Positions 34,701 to 49,700 of a stretch of DNA of 64,000 nucleotides are shown one piece after another. The stretch lies in the NCBI GenBank assembly GCA_965235115.1, contig OZ249447.1, positions 21,452,001 to 21,516,000 on the forward strand, in the 5' to 3' direction. Source of the DNA: Laetmonice hystrix. Lineage: Eukaryota. Each line of letters begins with the position of its first letter. Within the stretch, counting starts at the first letter, position 1. The notes below the pieces were generated by a model. It did not search any database. It was not told the DNA's origin and saw only the letters and a program-made list of their open reading frames with translations. A program made the position numbers and the translations under genes.

Positions 34701-37700
34701 AGTTTCTTCACATGAACATCTTCACTTTTCTGAATACAATACCACAGACACGTTGTGACCAAACGATTCACAACTATAGACATCGTTTGTTAACATCCAA
34801 TCAGTTATCAGTCAATTCATTGTTGTATGCTTTAGATGTGGGCAGCTTATCTACTAAAATAACATTTTAAAAAATTTAATATCATTGGACATGAAACAAT
34901 ACGATGTGCCTGGAAACTGAATTTTCCATCATTGCTCTCAGCACTCTACCCTAATCACACATGAAGAAACGTTATTTCCCCTGCTAATCTATTTACAAAC
35001 AAGATCTTTGCTTTTTCCAACCCAGATGTACATACAATGTATTTCAAATGAAGTTGACCACCTCTGAGATAGAAGAATGGATGCATGGCTCCTGACAAAA
35101 CCTCTGTAGAGACGGCCTAAGTTGGCAGAATCTTGTGCTGTCTGCCAACTGTGCTCAGTACTGCACTGATTCAGACATTCATGTCGTTTCACTTTTAGGA
35201 CTATCAATTCATTCCCAAACAATGTAACAACTGGCTGATGGCTGGGTCATATGTCTGCTCTAACAGCCTTGAAACCCTGGGAGCCCAGTGTAAACACCAC
35301 TCGACTCACAACAGGGCACGGATATGTCAACTTTTCTAGCTATCTATGAATGATGCAATAAAAGCAAGGTCAGCATGACTCTTTTATCATAATAACATAG
35401 CTCTGTGTTTGTATTTATAAGTCAAATCAGAACGAGGGCTTCACACCAATACTTCACACAAAGAAAATCATATTCTGGGTATTTTCTGACAAGCCAAAAT
35501 ATCTTTTTATCTTTTGCACCCATTTTTCTTGGTACCCACACCTAAGTCAAAAATACCGTTATGTGAACAGAAGGAAATCACACTTTCCCCCAACTGCACC
35601 ATATTTGTTCTACAAACCACTATTCAGATATATAAAGAATAACGACTTTCTTCCAGGGGATTAAAGGAAGAGAACTTACTGTCAGGTTGGGGTTATAGTC
35701 GACCATGACCCAGTTTGCGCTCTCCTGGTCAGTGATTTTCACGAGGTATCCCTTTAATGCCCCATTCAGTGTATGCTGATGTGGCGGTTTGAACTCAACG
35801 TATATGGCTGTGCTAGAGTTCTCGAATCGAATGATCCGAGGCTTGGCAGCTTTACTTGGAGCTAAATAAAACATGAAAAGGTTCAGAATCACCGGACTGT
35901 CAAAGGACACACGATTCTCAAGATCACTTAAAAGAGAAACGGCGACAAACTGATTGAATGGGGAGCATAAATGGATTGATGCCAGATAACCTGAAATGTA
36001 TAGCGCAGGGTGTTAGCAAGACAATAAACACCGATTTATTTGATGGTAGTATTCCACAAGGATATCCTGTCATCTTTTGCTAATAAGGCTGAATCCGTTT
36101 TTCTTGGGAGTTCATGACGATATCATTGATGATCCCCTTGTAACCAAGGCAACTGCCTCCCAACTTTTTCCTTCAACATTCTGTGGCTAATCACGGAGTA
36201 CCTTAAGCAGCATCATTAAATGCTGGCACAGAAATCAAGGTTAATAGCGTTCCTGCTGGCACCTTTGAAGGAACATTCAAGTTGGCTCCACCTTAAAGAA
36301 ATTAACACACAGATGTTTATCTGATTCACTCTAACCCTCTCCTATTTTCTTCAATTAACAAATATCTTTCAAACCAGGATGCTTATTTATTATCATTTCA
36401 AACATCCCTGAAAATTGTTATGATTAAATTTCATTTATGTATGAATACAGATTTATTACGATTACTGGTAAGTACGGATTACTTCCTGAAAATACCAACT
36501 GTGTAAGGACAAAGTCGCTTCAGTTGTTGCTCATATCACGATATCCTGAAGAGACAGATCTAAAACACTGCCATTTGATGATGATATCCACCAAAACATT
36601 ATCATTCTACATGAGATCCGAAGTGTTCGAAGTCTATCTCATCCTAGATAATCGAAAACAAGACTATTCAGATGTAATGATTGTTTCAGATAAATAAAGG
36701 ATTTTTTTTTAAATGAAAAATTTAAAAAAATTAAATATTAAATTAAATATTTAAACAATTAGCACTGCTGACGGGGTTACTTTGCATACACTAGTCCTAT
36801 ACGCTCCTATTCCTTGTATTTGGCACCCAACAAAGTACTTTTAGTCTTTGGCTGCTGCAGGAACGTACATGGCAATGTGACCGACACAGGAGGTCTAAAA
36901 GCTAGTGGTGTTGATCCTATCAATATTTAATTTGATTGTGTCTGGTTAGGAGACTGTATCATGTCCATATATACAGACCGTGTGGGAAGACAGGAGAATC
37001 GACAATGACTTCATGAAGGTCAGCCTCCAAAAGCATTCAGGATTTTTTTGGGGGCCACAGGACAACTTCACTTTAAGATGAACTTGACGACTGCTTATAC
37101 TGAAAAACTAGCCTCAACCTCAGCTATGCCTTAAACAGTGTCTGTGTAACGTACCTGCTTCCTGAGTTGTTTTGGGTTGAGAGAGGTCACTCGGAGCACT
37201 CTCTCCGACGTCGTTGACGGCAGTGACGTACACCTGGTACGTCGTGTAGGGCTGTAGGCCGAGTATTGTAGTGATGTTGTCCGACGGTTTCACGTTGGCA
37301 GCATTCTCTGCTTGATGGTCTTCAATTCTGAGAGATAACAGACCAATGAGAATTCAGTAGAAGCCAACATGTCATCTCTTTAATAACCCATGTTTTGATT
37401 TATCCTGGTCATCCGGTCGTAAATTCTCCCTAACTGACGAGTTATCATGTACGATCTTGTATCTTTTACCAATTCCTTCTCTTATCATTGCCCTTGATAC
37501 AACCTTCTGTGAATGGTCACTCACAATTATTGTCAATTATCAAACATAAACTGAAGGAATTGGCAAATACCAATAAATATGTAACACGTCTGTCTGCCCT
37601 ATAGCTACAGTAGGTCAAAGTGAGAATGTATCATACTGTAATATCTGACTACCGACATTAGCTATATCCGTTCAAGTTACGTTCACTTCATAAATAAATA

Positions 37701-40700
37701 AACTGCCCTCTCTTGACATTTTTATGGATAAATTAATTAGGCGCCTGCTTTCAAAAACTTCAAAACACCGGGTTGAAAGGCCAGTCGTTGCTGATCAATA
37801 TTTACTGCCAAAATCTAAGTGAATCTACGTGGCAGTTTGTGCAGTCGTAGTGGACCAGGACACAAAGCAGGACCTTGCCATCACGTTATATGGCACAGAC
37901 CTCTGACCTACGACATGGAACCTATAGCAGCACACACTGTGAAAACGATGGTTGATTTCCATATACTGTCCAATTTCATTAACTCACTGTGCAATCCATT
38001 AGATCCATTAATATCCACATAGACCATCGTCTCATTTCAGTACGACTGAACCGGTTTAGCTGAGTAGACATAGCATTGACACTATCACCGGTATCCTAGT
38101 TAGTTTCCATGGCAATAATCCACTGGACTGTGCTGCATCTGATAGGACGGCAGCCTTGTGAAAAAAAATACCAGGAAGGCTAAAAGGCCGTCTTCAACTA
38201 GCGGGTCCGACTGTTTAGCTACTGTGAACTTGAGTGAAGCCCACCAATACTGTCAACATTGAGGGTGTTGTGTTGAAGGTCTCTTCAGGGGGCGGGGGCA
38301 GAGGCCGGCAACAGTATGTTCAGTTATACTATAAGGATGATGACGGCATACCTCCTTCTACATTCATACGTCTGGAACTAGGAAACTTTATAAGATTAAT
38401 GACATCTAATACCAACATCCCGCTTGTAATCTCTCAACATATTATATATTGTGCAAACAGCAGACTGGCCTCCACTTGCTAAAACTGGTCTGTCAGTACC
38501 AGATAATATAGATAACTCATCATTCCATGGCTGGAAGAAGAGGAGAGAGGACTGACAATACCATGAAGCCATCAGACAAAAGTTGACTACGCAACCTCAG
38601 GAACTGTTAGTCAGTTAACCCAGAACTATGAACCAGTACCATCACAAAACACTTGACCACCAGCTACTACAGGCCGCTTTCTTCAGATCTGGTAGGTCAA
38701 AACGATACATAAATGCTTTCATTAACGTTTACTTCCACATTCTGTGGTTTGCTGTTTTTCTTTATGAATGCATGAGGTGTCCTGGTTGATTGTTACGCCG
38801 TTTGATTGAGTGTCAATGCTCCATGCAGTTAATTGTACAACCACACTCACAGAATCGGGCCACGCTTTCTGGCCCCCAGTCAAGAATAATAGAATGGGTA
38901 TTCTTGCCCCAGTACTCTGAACCTGGGTTACCAAGGTTATTCATACGTCTGCTGTGTCTGTGTCTGGCCTCTTCATTTAATTTCAACAATACACAGAAAT
39001 TGTTGAGGGGCTGCAGACAGGTTTATTTTTACTTCATTATCAGATCATCATCACTAGACAGGAAATGAATGAGACTGACTGCTCTTATCATGACCACCAC
39101 TCAAAGGCAGGCAAGAAAACAGGCGATTTGGGACCCAAATTTCCATAATCTTGAAAGTTAATCTACACATGTACTTGTTAAATTCACGTCTGAGAAGGAT
39201 GTAGCCACAACATGGATACACAATTACCACAAATTTGTAGCACTGATAACTGTCATTTGTGTAGTAGAGACTTTTTAAAATGCAACACGATTGGAAACAT
39301 GCCCATGGAAAATCAATATGGTACTTAATAAAAGCTCTTTTCAGTGATTGATACATGCACTATAACTGATATTGATACATGCACCATAACTGATATTGAT
39401 ACATGCACCATAAGGAAAGGTTTGTTGTATTTGTGATACATACTGCGTGTAGATCTTGTATTCAGTGATGGGACTGTTGTTATCCTGGTAGCTGTAGGGC
39501 CACTCCACCTTCATGGAGTATGAACCCGTTATGGTGACCACGGGCTTCCCCTCGGGCCTCGCTGGGCGGCCTGAAAGTACAATAAAGTTCTGACGTTAAA
39601 AACCACAACATCCTTGGCCCATCTGTTATCTATAGGAATATAACTATGGACATGTTAGTATGGATCGAAGAAAGAACCCATGAGTTTGTTTTTTTGTTTT
39701 TTGTGCGGGTTTTGTGTGTTTTTTGGGGGGTTATTTCATCTTCTTCTAACCATCACAGAACTAATCTGGGGCATTTAGATGATTTGTCCTCTCATTCCAA
39801 GCCATCCAAACATTTGATCCAAAAAGAATTTTATAGAGTCCATGTGTGCTTTACTTATGTTGTGGTCACTGATCCTATTATGATTTGGTACACAGTCAGT
39901 GACCTACTATGTCAACAATGTCTCAGGACACACGCATTATTGTCGTCTAATAGGCCAATAACAGGATATAATACCGGGTAATTGCCTCCTGTGTTTTTTC
40001 CATGAGGAGAAATAGTATGAAAAAATACAAAACAGAGAGATCATTTGGTTGGTTAGTGTGGATACTTCCCCTTTCCCTGTTTTATCTTGAAAAGTAAATC
40101 GAAGTATTCTTTTACACAGTCACACTGTTCTGAGCAATATCATTCAACGAACAAGTTTACATTTTGGCTGGTCTGGCTGGTGCACTGGTCCTTTGTTGTC
40201 AGCTTCCTACCCAGCAAGTTTTTATTTCAGTGCCAAGAAGACAACATCGGCTTTACTTCACCATATTCCTGAGGATCTAAGAGACACATATTATTACATG
40301 TCAACCGAGGGAAATTTCTCTTGGCTTCCACAAAGACAGAAATCTAGAGAGACCAACGTAAAACAGGACGGCTAAACACAAATATTCGGCACATTTACTC
40401 TAACATTTCCTGATCCTTGTCGGCAGTGTCAAATACATTCACAGCTGAGATCCCAAATGAACGCTGCCTCTAAATGAAGTCATCCTGCTGCCTGCCATCT
40501 CCCCCCCCCCCCGCCCCCACTGCCGGCCACAGTATACTATAGAATCTCCCTGCTGACAGCCTATGGCTGGCTGGCAGATGAAGCCGACCTTTATTAGGCT
40601 GGCTGTGACCCGGCTGGCCTGCCTGCCACGGCGGGCTGCAGCCAGCGGGGTCCGGCCGGCAGTGACCTCGGTTAAGTCCGGTGACATGTGTCCCGCGGGA

Positions 40701-43700
40701 TGTCAGGCTAGGGCTGTCAACTGTCAAGTCACGTCAATGACTGCCTGGATCCCGCCCATCTTAACACCCACATGCCGGGCACGCTCATTGTACAGCAGAG
40801 CTCCAACAGCCGGCAACGGCTACGGTTTCTAACAATCTTTGGTAACTTTGGGAATTCAATGGTTTAAATACCCACATACTGTGATCTGTCTCATCCTTAT
40901 TATCCTGCCTTAGCCTCTCCCCTGATTGACACCCTACCCCTCACCTCATTAGTCCTTGGCTTTAGTCCGGCACGTTTAAATGAAAACTAAGTGTTTTTGT
41001 GCCTCTGAGAACAAGATATGGTGCCTTAATTTTACTTTTTTGCTTCGTCATCCCTGGGCGTATTGATTGATACATTTATTCGGAACCGCAACTATATGTT
41101 GATTCTTCCGTTATTAAATAATAAACACCATTCTGTTTTGTATTTCTCCACCCTTTACAGTATGTATGTTGGGTGAGTGGGGCCTGAAGAGTCACCATGA
41201 TCCTGACTGACATGAGGACAAAATGTAAGCCTGCTGTTTCTCTGTGTGACACTCTCTTCAGTATACAATCCGTATCCCGCAGCGAGACTTCTATTTTCTA
41301 GTATGTACATGTGACCTTTTCTCTAGACTGCCATCCTGATTTGATTCTATCTCCTTTCATACTGTATCTTCCTGATTCTATCTCCTTTCAAGTTTCATAC
41401 TGTATCTTCCTGATTCTATCTCCTTTCATATTGTATCTTCCTGATTCTATCTCCTTTCATACTGTATCTGGATGATTCTATCTCCTTTCATACTGTATCT
41501 TCACGATTCTATCTCCTTTCATACTGTATCTTCCTGACTCTATCTCCTTTCATACTGTATCTGGATGATTCTATCTCCTTTCATACTGTATCTTCACGAT
41601 TCTATCTCCTTTCATACTGTACCTTCCTGCTGAAAGACACCTTTTTTTGTTCAAGGACCAGTGACGTTCGTTAAGGTGGTCATCTCATCTTCAAAACTTC
41701 CAACTACATGTATCTCACTCATCTATTAAACTGTCATAGTTGTATAGTAATAACCTAGACATATTCCCGGACATCCTCCCTGTTTCCTAACCGGGGCAGA
41801 GAGAGAGAGAGTGGAATGCCGCCAGGTCCTCTCTATTATGATATATGGAGAGTGCAGACAATGCTTGGCACACGTGGACCGACTCGAGCTATATTCTATC
41901 ACGACACCTATTACGACCATCAGGGGATGCCTGTAATTCCTAGCTTGCGTGCCCCCAACAATTGCCTCTCAATCACATGTTTACATTTCCACCGACAAGC
42001 ACATGTTGAAGGCGTCAATGTGCGTGCCACTGACATTTCCTCGTCACTTGCGGGGAATCATCTGCACCTGTGTTTATACTGCTGCGTGCCTGGCATGAAC
42101 ACCCATGTTGCGCCCTGTTCACGGGCGCCATGCCTGGGTTGTTCCGGGCGCGGTGGGCGCAGACCGTGGACCGACGCCGAACTGGACGCCGACCGACCGG
42201 CCAGGTACCACTGGCGAGGTGACATGTCCGGTCTCAACTGATAAAGTCATGTCCTTGATGTGACCGTTGTGAGGTGTGGAGTGTGACAACTGATGCAGTG
42301 TGACCACTGATGGAGCGCACTCCCCCGGTTTCAAGAAAGTGGTTAAGTTAACTAATAAAGTTTGTTCAGATGAATTTGAACCATAGATTTAACCAATCTG
42401 GAAACGGAGAATTAACCAATCTTGGTTAAAGTCAGAGTTAACCATGATTTTAACCTACTCAGTCTTGAATCCGGGGCCTGGGCTCCAACCGGGCCATTTG
42501 TCCCATACACAAGCATGAGATGTGGCTCTCTGCAATGTTGACCACACCATGATCAAAAGGCCATTTCCCGTTGGGTTCACCCTCCCATCATACCCCCCGC
42601 CCCCCTCCAGCCTCCGCAACGTCCCCAATGGCTGATCCTAACCAACCTACCGAGTATGAGTTCATAACGCTGGCTACACTCACTGGCCATCAACATACTT
42701 AACCCATCAACCCAGCAATCAGCCTAGCCATCAGCCCACCAAACTAGATCCCTCATCCTGCCAAGTGCGAGCCATTCCCCCTGCTTACAATTCCGCCGAT
42801 AGCTGCTGTCAGAATTATCATCGCCAATATGACAGACCAATATTGCGCTGGATCCTGCATCCGTGGCGACCAATGCCGCATATTTATCTACACAATACAA
42901 GCCGGGGTAGATTTGACGACGTAGTTCCACAGTACTTCATCATTCGAAGGACTACTTCACGTCCTCCTACACGTCAACCTTAGATATATGTATGTATGTA
43001 CATGTATGTATGTGGTCACTCAAGGTTATAAATTAATGTCAGGCTTGATATGCTGATACCCCAACAACTACGCCCTTTAATGACTTAAGAGTCCAGCATG
43101 CAACGAATAGGTTTGTATCGTCCAAAATATACCTGAAGGTGTTTAAACCATTCTCTGGTAAAAAAAAGAAAGGTCAAAAATAATGTTTGGGAAGGAAACC
43201 TGATAATGGTCCATGGTTATACAGAACGCCGATCATGGCCAGCTTCGCCTTCTTGAGGATCCCACTGGTGCCCGTGGGTGTAGAACGAATAACACTTTCT
43301 TTACCTATTAACATATTTTAATTTATTGCTATTAAATTAATTAAAACCGACAGTCAGTCATCATCATTATCATCATCATCATTACCCCCATTATCACCTG
43401 ACTGTTACCCGTTTACCTCCTAGGATCCCTATCTGGAAACAGATTCATTACAATGGGTGGGGCCCTTAACCTTCTAAAACCAGACATATTACACCATCGG
43501 GTTGGTCTGTCCCATACTTAGTACTTAAGGCATTCAAGGAATGGGGTCTCTTGTTTCTCTAACATTCTACAACTGGGCACAGAAAATCACCCCTCCGGTC
43601 TAGCATACTTCTCTATATTCTGCATGTTATTTCGGCCTAGGTTCAATATTCTGTTCACTTCCTGTTGAAGCTTTACACATCGGGCTGACTACGTTCATGG

Positions 43701-46700
43701 CCAAATGTTCCAGAAAATAATCTTGCTCTGGTAATGTCCAGGTGAAGGTCATAAGTCAATATTGGTTATACGGTAGGATCCTAACAACATAATCATCTGT
43801 GATAGGAATTGTGCTAATAGCACCTCACTGGGTGAGGCATGTAAAGGCGAAACCGAGTGCCCTCTGTGTGGTACTCTGTGACCGCAATGTTCTCTCTGAC
43901 CCGGCTCTAGACCCACACAGAGCACAGGAGAAAGTTCAGACTCTGAACTGTTGCTCAACCCGGCTCTAGATCCGCACAGGAGAAAGTCTGGACTCTGAAC
44001 TGTTCCTCAACCCGGCTCTAGACCCACACTGAGAACAGGGGAAAGTCTGGACTCTAAACTGTTCCTCAACCCGGCTCTAGACCCACACTGAGAACAGGAG
44101 AAAGTCCAGACTATGAACTGTTCCTCAACCCGGCTCTAGACCCACACTGAGAACACAAGAAAGTCCAGACTATGAACTGTTGCTCAACTCGGCTCTAGAC
44201 CCACACAGAGCACAGGAGAAAGTCTGAACTCTGAACTGTTGCTCAACTCTGCTCTAAACCCACACAGAGCACAGGAGAAAGTCGGGACTCTGAACTGTTC
44301 CTCAACCAGACTCTGAACTGTTCCTCAACCCGGCTCTAGACTGGTCCACACAGAGCACAGGAGAAAGTCCAGACTCTGAACTGTTCCTCAACTCGGCTCT
44401 TGACCCACACAGAGCACAGGAGAAAGTCCGGACTCTGAATTGTTCCTCAACCCGGCTCTAAACCCACACAGGAGAAAGTCTGGACTCTGAAGTGTTCCTC
44501 AACCCGGCTCTAGACCGGTCCACACAGAGCACAGGAGAAAGTCCGGACTCTAAACTGTTCCTCAACCAGTTCTATCTGTATGCATACATTTTAGGCTCAG
44601 TTAGATCAAGAAACGGCGAACACTACAGGGGAAAGAGCGGGGCAGTTTATCAACTGCGGCTTTTGAACCCTTTTTCCTGACCAGATTTCCTTGTTGGACC
44701 CCCCCCCCCAACTCCACACTCCAACCCCCAAGATCCCTCGACAGACAGCCACCCTGCTGTCACCTAACACACGGACTCTACTGAACGGATCCTCTGTCAA
44801 TTTAAAGTCTTCTGTTATCGAAATAAAAGCTTCGCCTATAAGACTAATCTCTTGCTCAAACTTCTTTCACAAAGCCTTAAACAACTAGATAAAGGTCTGA
44901 CCTTTTTTCCTACTTTGTATTTCTATATGGAAAAAAGTTGTGGCAGTGTCATTTGCAATTTCACATTGTTTTTATACCTCCCGTATGTACTTTCTCTGAG
45001 ACGAAAACATCTACTCAATATGACAGGATGAAAACGTTATTTGTATACATGTCGAAGATGCACTTTATCACATTCAGTCTTATTTTAGGAGACGTGAACT
45101 TTAGATCATCGATTCAGGTTTTTAATCTGTAACAACCCGTAGACGTGTTAAATGTCAAGTGTGTGCTCCAAAATACTACAGGCATAATTTACGTCTTACA
45201 TAAAGGTTAGAAGCTTTTAAGTGCCAAGAGCGGTGCTACACAACTTTCCTTTGAAGATTAATTGGCAGTTTGGTATTACCAGAGCTAGCATAATGCCACC
45301 AACGTTCAGCCGACACTGAAACTATGCCAATCATGTTATTTTATACTCTGTACTGCATAACCTGGTGCACCTCTTGAGCTTGGCTGAAAAATTGTGAGCT
45401 AAATGTCCAAATGCTGTGAACTATTGTGGTGTTGGAAAACGGATGTTAGTTGGGATCGATACAGCACGGGGCTGATGTAATGGAGTTCCCGGTCTGGTAA
45501 AACAGCCAAGGCGGCCGGTGTTCGGATTGGCTGACATTTAGGTGAGCTTGGTATGCACCTTGCTGCGTACCAGCCCCTTCCGAGGCTTCATGAGAGGAGC
45601 TATGTTACCAACGGTCTGTCCTACATTAAATGGAACCATGGTGGGAGATATGGAACCTTGGAATGAGGCAGTGGGGGGTACACCTCTTAACGCCCTCACT
45701 AACACCCGTGCCCACATACCTTGTGTTTGCCCAATGAGGATTCTTCCAGTGAATCAAATGGTACACTAAGTATAGAAAGACCCAAATGGTTTTAACCCTG
45801 CCACTGGACTAGCATAACAGCAAACCAATGGGCACATGGAAACTCCTATGGTAAATCATTATGGTAAATCTCATGTTTCGATATATGCGACATAACGCTG
45901 AGGCCATGATAGAAACATTTTGTTCTCCCATAATTCTTCAAGTAAAATAAAACCGAAATTCTAATGTTTCGAGGAGCAATCCTCATACTCTTATTTTCAG
46001 TAGGATTTTTCATTGGCACAGAAGATCCCATAAGATATCCCTCGACCCTCTTCGGCCCCAGGCGGTCTGTGAAGATTGTTAGGGCTAATTAATGAGACTC
46101 TATTCCAAGCGATGAGGAAGCAGTGACTGAAGATTAACGAACGGTTCCCATAGCTATCTAAGGACTGCATCACCGGGCTTACCATCAACGACACTTAATA
46201 GATCAGCCACCGCTCAAGGTAAAAAAAGAGGAAGCTGCTTTGACTGAGAGGCAAATACTGCCAATAAACACAGCCACGACCGGTTCAGACAAAGTCACTC
46301 AACGGGGTCTAATTTGCTGCTGGACTTTTAGAATTCATACTGCAACAGTTTTGTCTGAAAGAAATGTCAAACAATTCCCTCTAAACATTTTAAGTTATGC
46401 AGGGCTCAGCAGGTCCTCGCCGATACAGAGGTGTCGGGGTCATTTTTTTTTATTTGCGGCTGAAACCTAATGAAACCATTCTCATGGGTCAAAATTACTT
46501 CGACAGATTCATGAGTCAAATGCCTTACTATCATCCGTGGATCTAAAGTACCGGGTAATAGATTCAGAAGGAAGGCAAAGCAATCTCAGCAGCTGGAAGT
46601 TTTATGCTTTTCAAGATGGAATGTGTCGGTCTGATCTCTTTTTTCACTCTTCCTTATCTTTGCCTCAATGCATAAATGAGTCATGAGTATTCTGACGAAA

Positions 46701-49700
46701 AGAGAATCTTTTGTCGACATCGATCGGCTTGGGTGGGTTCAACTTATTCAGTTTCGTGGAGGTGATGGTTCTGCTGTACATTAGACAAATCTCGGTGTCC
46801 CTGAACAGTGCATTCACTGGGGACCAGGTTCCATACGACACACATGAAACACTGTGTTTCAGACTGCACTGCCCACATTATCGTATCCAGTGTCTTATCC
46901 GTCTGGGTTTGGATTCCAGCTACAGTTTCTCGCTAGCTAGAAATCGCGACTGAGAGCGACTTGACTACTTGAGCCATGATGTTACAAGGGCTCCAGTTCA
47001 GAATATTTCGATTCGCTCCTAAAGCAGCAAATGCTATATTCCTCGTGTTCTCGCGTATACAACCTAATCCGATGAGGCGGATAAACATATAGGAGATCAG
47101 GTCACCTGTAGCTGAAGCCTTTCTTCATCTTCATCACTAATCTGATTACTCCCTCTACAGCCAGGCTGTAACCATGGTAACCACTAATGGCACATTTAAA
47201 GAACCTATTTCAGGAGACATCTCGTCTTCTGGGCCACCGGCTAGATGCTGTCTCTTTTAACTCCCAAAACGTGACAATACTCACCTGTACTCTGACAAAC
47301 TGACAGAGATAAATGGTGAGCTCTCTCTATACTCTATCTACCCGACTCTGCACCACTCAACAATGGTGGGGTTCAGCATAGTTCACTCAAACTTAATTTA
47401 AGCTCTCTTTTCACACAGTTTTATGATGTTACCTGAAAATAAATTATTACGAAAAATATTATCTACTGGTAGGCCTATTTCCCTCACCTTTTCGTCAAAT
47501 CACTTCTCAGTGCCTTAGTTACATTTTAAGCACTATTGAACTACAAATGTTGTATACTGCATGATCCCAGAAACAGAATTTACGCAGCACATTGTACTGA
47601 ATATCTTAAATACAATGGGATTCTGCTTAGCATATTTCAATTTACAGAAGCAGAGAATGGTGCAAAAGTGGCACCTTGACATAATACATGTAGGCTTATT
47701 CTGATATTACATTTTGACATACCAGTATATGCGTATTATATCAACAACCAAGCACTTTATTTGGACCATCTCCAAGCAACTGAAGAGAGTTTAAGATTAC
47801 GTAAGACATCCCACTTACAATTATGTCCTGTTTTTTTTAACAGGACATTCAGCCTACTTCCTCTGGAGGTGAAAAAAGCTTACGTGGTATTAAATCATAA
47901 GATTATAATCGTCCTTTGACAATATCCATGGCCAACTCTGTGGCAGGTCGGAGCAATCAGTCGTATTCTTGCTTATAATGAAAATAGATCCCGACTCCCC
48001 AGGAGTGATTAACCTTTTATCATGAAATCTCAACTCAATCACAGAGTTGCCACGGGTGCAAAATCTTAATCCTGTTGGCTGATACTCTGAAAGCCCATGG
48101 GATGGTTTTAGACTTGATTAATGGTATACTTGTAGAATAGATGCCATCTTTCCATATTGAGAGAAACCAGTCCGTGACTAGCAGTTAAAACAACGATCTG
48201 CAGGTGCCTTCAGGGAATATAATACCGGTAGTCTATGTAATATCCATACACAGTATCCGGATCAGCCAGGACGCCCAACCAAATCGTACTTTTATTCTGA
48301 TACTAACCGTACTACCTGTAAAAGACCAATCATGTACCTCAACGGCGACTCATTCACCAATAACACATCTCTACAGAATTTTAGAACTAGTCCTCACTGG
48401 ATATGTATGAAAGTTTACAAAGTCCTGTGACAGAGATTTTAGGCGTTATGCAAAGCTTGGTCTTAAAACAAGTTTCCTCTGAGGTTACCAAATGTTACTT
48501 TAAGTTTTTTGCAGGTGTAACAAAAAATAAGGGCCTGACCTGAAATCAAAGTTAACATCAAGAGTGGACTCAACCTCTGCCCTAGACATTATTGTCAGAA
48601 GTCCTGACTTCAATTTTGAATGCCCATCGCAAACATTTTCCGGAATCTCCTTATTAACACGGCTTCCCCACCATTTATTTAAAACAATCAACTTGTTCCA
48701 AAGAAGATTTATAAGTGACCTAAAACATTAGCTCTGTCTGTTGTCAGGGGCAAGCTGTCATTGAAAGGTAACAAATTCGTTTTCCAAAACGATTAATCTT
48801 GATACAATTTCTTTTAACATGAGCTTACTGTATCATACATCATTCAAAAAAAACCTCCAGAAGTGGTATTTTATATAGAGACGACGGATGGCTGAGCTCT
48901 CTGACTGAAGACCAGTTAAGGGTCATACACCCGTACACCATACGTATGTGAGTTGAACACCGCGTTCCCCTGAGCACGAGTACTCTGACCTTCCAATTCT
49001 CTGTCATATGTAACTATGACAGTGCCGCAGGGATCTTGGCAGGCTCCACTGTAATCACTGCTGTGTGAGGGCAGGTCCCCCTCCCCTCAAGGGAGTTTCA
49101 CCTACTCGTGTGCGTCTATTCGGCACAGGATGTGCTTCTATCTGATTCCATAGATCTATGTATCTAAGTACTACTATTATGTGGTGACCACATATATTAT
49201 GTGGTATAGTACTATACCACAAAAATTTTCATATTAACCCCTCCGTATCTGTTTCTCAACACGTTACGTTATTGCAGTAATTTAGTTTTTAACCAAATTT
49301 TCCCATGCCATTCTTCCAACCTCTTGAGGTGAATCGACTTTTTAATGTTTGTAAAAGTTGTACTGTAGCACTAACAATTTCATCAATCTGCATTCGAGAA
49401 CTTACAAATAGGAAACTGTAAAAAAGGATGCAGGTCTGCAACATCATTTTATTAATCACATTAATAAGCTTTGCACCATCATGATACATTTACACCGAAT
49501 ACAATGTGTGGCCGTGACATTTTGACTGAGTGTGTTCACAGCTCAGTAAATAAGCACACTTCAAGCGTGCTCCAGTTAAAAATTTCTATGTTAACTCCAA
49601 TAATAGTGTAGTGAAACCAAATCCGAACTCACAAACTTTCATCTTTGTAAGTATTCTGGTTGGTCAATTATATTTGTGGCTGACAGCAAAACGTGTGAGG

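Noticed and set aside
259-44566. Possible CRISPR arrays among the 31-59 bp repeats
   Set aside because: Units are head-to-tail with no unique spacers, there are no cas genes, and the context is spliceosomal introns.
3367-44566. Unit lengths of 31, 31, 32, 33 and 52 bp near multiples of the helical repeat
   Set aside because: Other arrays (24, 39, 48, 55, 59, 75 bp) do not fit, and the sample is too small.
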